Source: Chiloscyllium plagiosum
Lineage: Eukaryota
Assembly: GCF_004010195.1 (NCBI RefSeq)
Contig: NC_057717.1
Location: forward strand, 103,873,179 to 103,937,178
Reading direction: 5' to 3'
DNA length: 64,000 nt
Shown: piece after piece, positions 47,696 to 64,000 of the stretch
Numbering within the stretch: position 1 is the stretch's first letter
Layout of the letters: each line of letters begins with the position of its first letter
The notes under the pieces: model-generated
Seen by the model: the letters and a program-made list of their open reading frames with translations, nothing else
Database searches by the model: none
What the model was told of the DNA's origin: nothing
Translations under genes and position numbers: made by a program

Positions 47696-47948
47696 TAACT
47701 TTCTGCAGCTGATCTTTCCCCAGATTCGCCACTCTGAGTGAAGATATTCATCCTCAGTTCAATCCCAAATAGCTATCCCCTCATCCAGCGACCGTGTCCC
47801 TTGGTTCTCGAAACAGCCTTTCTGCAATCTATGAGAGAAATACGGAGTTGCCTGGCCTACTGTGGCAGAGTTTCCACGCTCTGCCCAACAGTGCTTGAGG
47901 AGTATTGAACCCAGGGTTGAAGTGAGGAGATCAGAAGAGGCTGCTTAC

Positions 47949-57265
<9,317 letters not shown>

Positions 57266-57604
57266 TCAGGTGCAGCATGTTTATACAGCAACGTGCTTCT
57301 CATCTTCCAATTGTCACACAATTCCAGCTATATGTCAAGCACAGACCCCACAATGGAATGATGAACACAAGAAACATAATTGCCCCTTATCTCATAGGTC
57401 CCAGCTCTTAACTGTTATACAGAGAAATACAGAGAGTTTGAGCTGCAGTGGCTAACCACTCCAACAACGGTACAAGGTCAAAAAACACTGAGCAATCAGT
57501 GAACATTGGCCCAAACATCTACGATTTCCATAACTATAAAACGCTAACGGTTTTCACTGTTTATATAATTAAACGCTGCATTTGATTATCTCTTACCTTC
57601 AGAA

Positions 57605-59382
57605 TTAACAGCAGGGTACAGGAGGTAAAGGATATTGTATCAATAACAGCAGGGTACAGGAGGTAAAGGATGGTGTATCAGTAACAGCAGGGTACAGGAG
57701 GTAAAGGATGGTGTATCGATAACAGCAGGGAACAGGAGGTAAAGAACGGTGTATCAGTAACAGCAGGGTACAGGTGGTAAAGGAGGCTGTATCGATAACA
57801 GCAGGGTACAGGAGGTAAACGAGGCTGTATCGATAACAGCAGGGTACAGGAAGTAAAGGAGGCTGTATCAGTAACAGCAGGGTACAGGAGGTAAAGGATG
57901 GTGTATCGATAACAGCAGGGTACAGGTGGTAAAGGAGGCTGCATCGATAACAGCAGGGTACAGGAGGTAAAGGATGGTGTATCAGTAACAGCAGGGTACA
58001 GGAGGTAAAGGATGGTGTATCGATAACAGCAGGGTACAATGGGTAAAGGATCGTGTATCAGTAACAGCAGGGTACAGGAGGTAAAGGATGGTGTATCAGT
58101 AAGAGCAGGGTACAATAGGTAAAGGATGGTGTATCAGTAATAGCAGGGTACAGGAGGTAAAGGAGGCTGCATCGATAACAGCAGGGTACAGGAGGTAAAG
58201 GATGGTGTATCAATAACAGCAGGGTACAGGAGGTAAAGGAGGCTGTATCAGTAACAGGAGGTAAAGGAGGCTGTATTGAAAACAGCAGAGTACAGGAGGT
58301 AAAGGATGGTGTATTGATAACAGCAGGGTACAGGAGGTAAAGGAGGCTGTATTGATAACAGCCGGGCACAGGAGGGAAAGGATGGTGTATCGATAACAGC
58401 AGGGTACATGAGGTAAAGGAGGATGTTTTGATAACAGCAGAGTACAGGAGGTAAAGGATGGTGTATTGATAACAGCAGGGTACAGGAGGTAAAGGATGGT
58501 GTATCAGTAACAGCAGGATACAGGAGGTAAAGGATGGTGTATCTGTCACAGCAGGGTACAGGAGGTAAAGGATGGTGTATCGATAGCAGCAGAGTACAGG
58601 AGGTAAAGGATAGTGTATCAGTAACAGCAGGGTACAGGAGGGTTAGGACGGTGTATCAGGAACAGCAGGGTACAGGAGGTAAAAGATTGTGTATCGATAA
58701 CAGCAGGGTACAGGAGGTAAAGGAGGCTGTATCGATAACAGCAGGGTACAGGAGGTAAAGGATTGTGTATCGATAACAGCAGGGTACAGGAGGTAAAGGA
58801 GGCTGTATCGATAACAGCAGGGTACAGGAGGTAAAGGATGGTGTATCAGTAACAGCAGGGTACAAGAGGTCAAGGAGGCTGTATCGATAACAGCAGGGTG
58901 CAGGAGGTAAAGGATGGTGTATCGATAACAGCAGGGTACAGGAGGTAAAGGATGGTGTATCAGTAACAGCAGGGTTACAATAGGTAAAGGATGGTGTATC
59001 GATAACGGCAGGGTACAGGAGGTAAAGGATGGTGTATCAGTAACAGCAGGGTATACGAGGTAAAGGATGGTGTATCAGTAACAGCAGGGGACAGGAGGTA
59101 AAGGATATTGTATCAATAACAGCAGAGTACACGAGGTAAATGATGGTGTATCAGTAACAGCAGGGTACAGGAGGTAAAGGATGGTGTATCAGTAACAGCA
59201 GGGTACAGGAGGTAAAGGATGCTGTATCGATAACGGCAGGGTACAGGAGGTAAAGGATGGTGTATCGATAACAGCAGGGTACAGGAGGTACAGGAGGCAG
59301 TATCAATAACAGCAGAGTACACGAGGTTAAGGATGGTGTATCAGTAACAGCAGGGTACAGGAGGTAAAGAATGTTGTATCAT
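57605..59382. repeat. Minisatellite, 38-bp unit GGAGGTAAAGGATGGTGTATCAGTAACAGCAGGGTACA, about 46 copies, in an SLC27A1 intron
   Basis: Direct tandem array; source of the repetitive ORFs at 57605-59322. Confidence 0.95.
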
Positions 59383-61087
59383 GAACCAGGTGATACTTGC
59401 CCAGTGTCATTTGCAAGGAAAGTGAAAGAAGACAGATTTCCCTGACAACCAGACACATGGCCATTCGCAGTCATGTATGCATCAAACGTACAACCCCTTA
59501 CACTGCTTCCTCTAATAGGAATTAACCCTCGGTCATAGCAGCCCATTAGCCAGCGTTGTTCACATGCTTATCTCATACAGTGGGGAGGAAACATACTGTC
59601 AGAGCACCAAGGATAGATGGCTGGTCTAAAATACAAGGCCTCAGAGACTGACAATTCACCCCGGGATTGGAAATTAAGAAACAATGTGTGTCACGGGGCA
59701 GTTGTTGGAAGTTCAGCCCAGTGTCCCTACTGTTTGAGAGCAGCTTGTCAGGGTTTTGGCAATCAAGCAAACCTGTGTTCGAGACAGCCCAGCCTTTTCG
59801 GTTACACTGGCTGGAAAGGACAGAACCAGTTGCAACAAGCAGCTAGAAATGAAAAGCTCACTGTACATATATAAGCTCTCGAAGATGGAAATCTAATCTG
59901 GTGACTACAGAAGTCACTACTGAAACATTAATGGAATGGAATTGAATGAATACACTACAGTGGTCCAAAGGCAGCTCACCTTAAGAGTAATTAAGGAGGG
60001 ATAGCCAACCAGTGAAGCCCACATCCCAGGAGGGAAAGTTTTTAAAAATCAACTGGTCAACAGTAGGGCTGATGTTTACAGTAGAATAAGTACTCTGATT
60101 TTAATTCTGGGTCAGTTCTTTGCTACAATCCAAACCGAATCCCACTGCTCTGTCTATGCTCAATAGTCCTGTATGTTCCTCTGTTTTTAAATATTTACCT
60201 AACTTTCTCTTTTTAGATCCATCAGTCACTGACCTCAACCCCTCCCTGCAAGCCAAACCCATATTCCCAACAGTCCTCAGTGAAATGAAATTAATTAATT
60301 GCAATTAATTGTATTCACTAATCTTTTGGCTACAATTCTAGCGTGACATCTCCTGGACAGCCACTGCTGAACGAAAGAAAACAGTCCTTCGCCATTCATC
60401 TTGTTAAAATTCGTCATCATTTAAAAACAAACTCAATTAAAACTTCACTTACATTCCTCTGCATATAATCCCAACATCTCAATCCTTGCCCAACAACTCA
60501 AGTTCCACTTCTTTTTATTCACTTATGGTCGGTGATGTCACTGGCTGAGCCCAGCATTTATTTACCCATCCCTAATTCCCAGAGGGCAGTTAAGAGCCTA
60601 CCACGTTGCTGTGGGTCTGGAGTCACATGTAGGCCCGACCAGGTAAGGATGGCTGTTTTCCTTCCCTAAAGGATATTAGTCAGCCTTAACATTAGGACAT
60701 CCTAAGCATTAGCCTAGCGGAGGAGATGGAAATTCCAAACTCTTCCCCCCACCCTGTCAAAAGGTTCTTGGGAAGGGGGTGACAACCGAAGATTTCAAAA
60801 CTCGGATTTACAAATTTGGTACCGAGGGAATAAAGGTGGTCCGACGATGTCAAATGTCCAGTCTCGGCAGGGAAGGCCAAACAGCTTTCCAATTCTAGGA
60901 AACCAACGCCAGCCCTAAAACGTGGGCAGCTTCTGACCAATTAGGGAACAAATGGCGCTTGAATTTCAAAGAAATCCTGCTCACAGCTGAGCAGAACATG
61001 CAGGCATTAAATTTCAGGCTCACACTCATTCCACAGCTGCTGGGATTAGACCTGGAAGTTTATTTTAAACCAGCATGAAGGCATCAC

Positions 61088-61345
61088 TGAGAATCAACCA
61101 CATTGCTGTGGGTCTGGGGTCACATGTCGGCCAGGCCAGGTAAGGACGGCAGATTCCTTCCCCAAAGGACATTAAATGAGCCAGATGAGTTGTTTCAACA
61201 ATCAATAATGAACCTGTGGTCTTCATTAGATTTTTAATTCCGGATTTTTATTGGAGTCAATCTGCCGTGGTGGGATTTGAACCAGAACATTGCGTGGGCC
61301 CCTGAATTAACAGTCCTGTGATAATACCACTAGGCCACTGCCTCC
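61088..61345 (-). mobile_element. tRNA-derived SINE; relatives near 4850-5060, 25530-25805, 28130-28450 and 60525-60685
   Basis: Head GGCAGTGGCCTAGTGGTATT...GGTTCAAATCCCACC; shared GTGGGTCTGGAGTCACATGT body. Confidence 0.6.
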
Positions 61346-62121
61346 ATATTGTATTCCTGTTTGAGTTTTGTCTTGTCTGGTTTCTCCGTGTGACGATTAT
61401 GATGTTTGGTGATCAGAATCACGTGAAAGGTCAGTAAGAAAAACACACACTCAAATAAAAAATCATCTGCCAACAAGAATCTTGTCGCAATTTCAGAAGA
61501 GTGGCTATTTTTAAATCAGCTGACATCTGGTGTGTGATAAACGACGAGAAAACTTCCCAACTCTGCCTTGACATATTAGCTTTGGCTCAGTTTGATGATC
61601 ACAGCATGAGCAAGTCACCGTCACAACCCCTGCAAGCCACCTTAGCTCAATCAAGACAGTGTCTGTAACTGAAACGGTTACTGGCAGCGCACTGCAGCCA
61701 TACTCTGTGCACTTTTCCACTTATTAAATACAAAAGGCAACAGCTGAATGGCATGAACTGAAATCAGTTAGATGCACATCAACTAATGCAGTCTCTGGTG
61801 CGGCTTTTCATTTACAAAATAAAAATGAACAATCTGACAGGGCACAGGAGTCCCATATTAATCTCCATTGTATCAGATTCACCTCTTGCAAAAAAAACCG
61901 TCCAAGCGTTAAAGCCACAATGCTCAAGATGTGTAATTTTATTTCAAGAACATTAATTTTTTAAAAATCTAAAAGACTTCACTAATAGAATGAAACCTGT
62001 TCTACTGCAAAGAGGGAAGCATAATCCATCTTTTGTACCGTGTCGGAAACGTTGCATCACTCGGGCCTTGGAGTGGCTGCTGGAACCCCTACTGGAATGC
62101 ACTGCTTTCACTGACAGTGAT

Positions 62122-62320
62122 GTGGAGGTGTCAGCGTTGGACTGGGGTGGACAAAGTTAAAAATCACAGGACACCAAACAGGTTTATTTGGAAGCACTAG
62201 CTCTCAGAGCGCTGCTCCTTCGTCAAGTAGCTCCCTGATGAAGGAGCGGCGCTCCGAAAGCTAGTGCTTCCAAATAAACCTGTTGGACTATAACCTGGTG
62301 CAGTGTGATTTTTAACTTCA
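62122..62320. mobile_element. Fold-back element with divergent hammerhead-like cores (intact plus-strand core at 62235-62263)
   Basis: Inverted arms AGTTAAAAATCAC...AAACAGGTTTATTTGGAAGCACTAGC; flanked by TGACAGTG direct repeats. Confidence 0.7.
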
Positions 62321-63734
62321 ATGACAGTGGAAGGTCATGTTCAACCTTCACAGAGGCAAGTAGATCGATATTTGAAAGGCAGAAATATGCCCGGCTAGGA
62401 ATGGAGGAGTGGGATGAATCAGAAAGTGCAAGCCCGTTAGGTTGAATGGCCTGTACTCTATGATTCTACACTACTAATATAGAAAAACGGAACTTTTCCA
62501 GCACAGAATGTGACCATCCGTCCAATATGGAAGGACCATCTTGATAAAGCTGCCAACAATATTCTTGGAAAAAAACCTACAAGTAGACAGACTACTGCTC
62601 ACCGAATTTCTGTGCAAATACATTTGCATGTTGTTTTTGAGGGGTTCAGGTTCGAGTGGGTGGAGGGAGTGGAAGGGATGGTGAGGCTTACTCCAAGGAT
62701 TCTTTTATGCCTCAATGACAATGCTCTGACTCACTTGGATATTCTCCCTCAAGTGGGACAAAGGTCACAATTCGCCCAGTCATGTGAAGTAGGTGAAAGG
62801 CTGAACTCGTTGCTGGCTCCTGTCACCTTAGTTTGTTGGGTGTTTATGGATGTGACTCAGGCGGAAAATACATTCAGAGAGTGAGAAGATTTGAAAAGTA
62901 CACCTTCTGCTGTACAACTAATTCAAGTGGGGAAAAAGAACGCACAGAACAATTTCCTGATACCTCCGTTAAAGACTGTATAATAATTTTAGGCCAATTC
63001 AGAAGCCAAAGTCAAAAGGACACATATGCCACCCCATTTCACACTCTGTAAGTAGTCTGCATTTCTGCTGTGACATTAGCTTTTAACCTGGCACACTACT
63101 TCCAAGACTATTGTTCAACTGTTGGGAATCCAGGCAAAGTTAGCTGCTTGAAAATTCACCAAGTGAAGGAGAAGTCAATGAATTTGTTCAGACATTTCAG
63201 ACTGCAAGCTTCAATCACAAGATCAACGTCTGGTTTGGTCTATTTTTAAAAGATTGATTTGTGTTCACAACCAATTCACACCATATGCAGCATAACAGAT
63301 TCAATGTGAGACTTCAAATTCTGTCATATCAACTTCAGTGTCATTGTTCATTGAACATGTCACTTTACACAAACGTGGAAGTTACTGGCCTGTTTTCACG
63401 GGGAAAGCATTTCAGGAAGTAATGCAATACATTAATGCAGATCTTTAAACACTATATTATCCCTGCTCTGTTTCTGGCTGCTCCTGGTTGCAGGCTGTTG
63501 CAAAACTGTGTGGAGAACGCACACTACCCATCAGAGAGTGCGATAAAATAGTATTTCCAGACCCCCCAATGACCCGGTTTGCAGAATCATTGCTGCAGCC
63601 AATCAGGGAGATGGAAAGGAGGCAGCTCATTTACCTCTCACCCGATTGCAACATGCATAGCTGTTAGTCCAGTTTTATAATCATTGTGCTACTATCCTGT
63701 CTACCACAAGGTGCATTTTTACTGCGAGTATCCA

Positions 63735-63890
63735 TGATGAATGGCAGGATCCTGGGAAGCAGTGATGGTCAAAGGGACCTTGATATGCATGTCCACTGGT
63801 CCCTTAAGGTATCCGAACAGCCACTTAAAGTGGTTGTGAATGCATTTCTTATATTTGCATTTATTAGTTGGATATAGAGTTTAAGAGCTA
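63735..63890 (+). mobile_element. Old CR1 fragment
   Basis: NGRILGS...QRDLDMHVHWSLKV. Confidence 0.6.
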
Positions 63891-64000
63891 AAGTGAGGCA
63901 GAAACCAGGCAGATGGGAGCAACGGTTGCTCTCCAACACAGGGAAAAATCCTTGTCATCAGGTGTGAGGTCCTCTCAGTGTTGTTATATGTGGTACAGGT

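Noticed and set aside
57605..59382. Regular 38-bp repeats resembling a CRISPR array
   Set aside because: Units are head-to-tail with no unique spacers, there are no cas genes, and the context is a vertebrate intron
59400..64000. Search for the next upstream SLC27A1 exon
   Set aside because: No convincing candidate by eye; it may lie beyond the window, and TBLASTN with FATP1 would settle it

Overview
Vertebrate, not prokaryotic, DNA. The HE1-type SINEs, CR1 LINEs and Penelope repeats point to a cartilaginous fish, probably a shark (inference). I reconstructed three spliced minus-strand genes by hand from GT-AG junctions and phase arithmetic. (1) The 5' part of RASAL3: coding exons 22339-22795, 8302-8441 and 4530-4602, with the gene continuing off the left edge. 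(2) A near-complete PGLYRP2 peptidoglycan amidase: exons 38322-38397, 37092-37940, 34814-35024, 29415-29709, and a candidate last exon from 25452. (3) Seven internal exons of SLC27A1/FATP1 (47949-57237). These genes also lie on human 19p13. The rest is mostly transposon debris: CR1, Penelope, a Gypsy LTR/gag relic, several SINE families, four minisatellites and four N-gaps. The most notable unexplained structures are these. First, many short Penelope-derived inserts, often fold-back, carry minimal hammerhead-ribozyme cores, and three lie on the sense strand of a RASAL3 intron. Second, an orphan plus-strand CpG promoter contains three 65-bp units with six ZNF143-type motifs and runs into an exact 500-N gap. 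Third, three local duplications each copy a retroelement together with its flank. Fourth, two minisatellites appear to have grown out of a CR1 and a SINE. I found no CRISPR array, rRNA or genuine tRNA gene.
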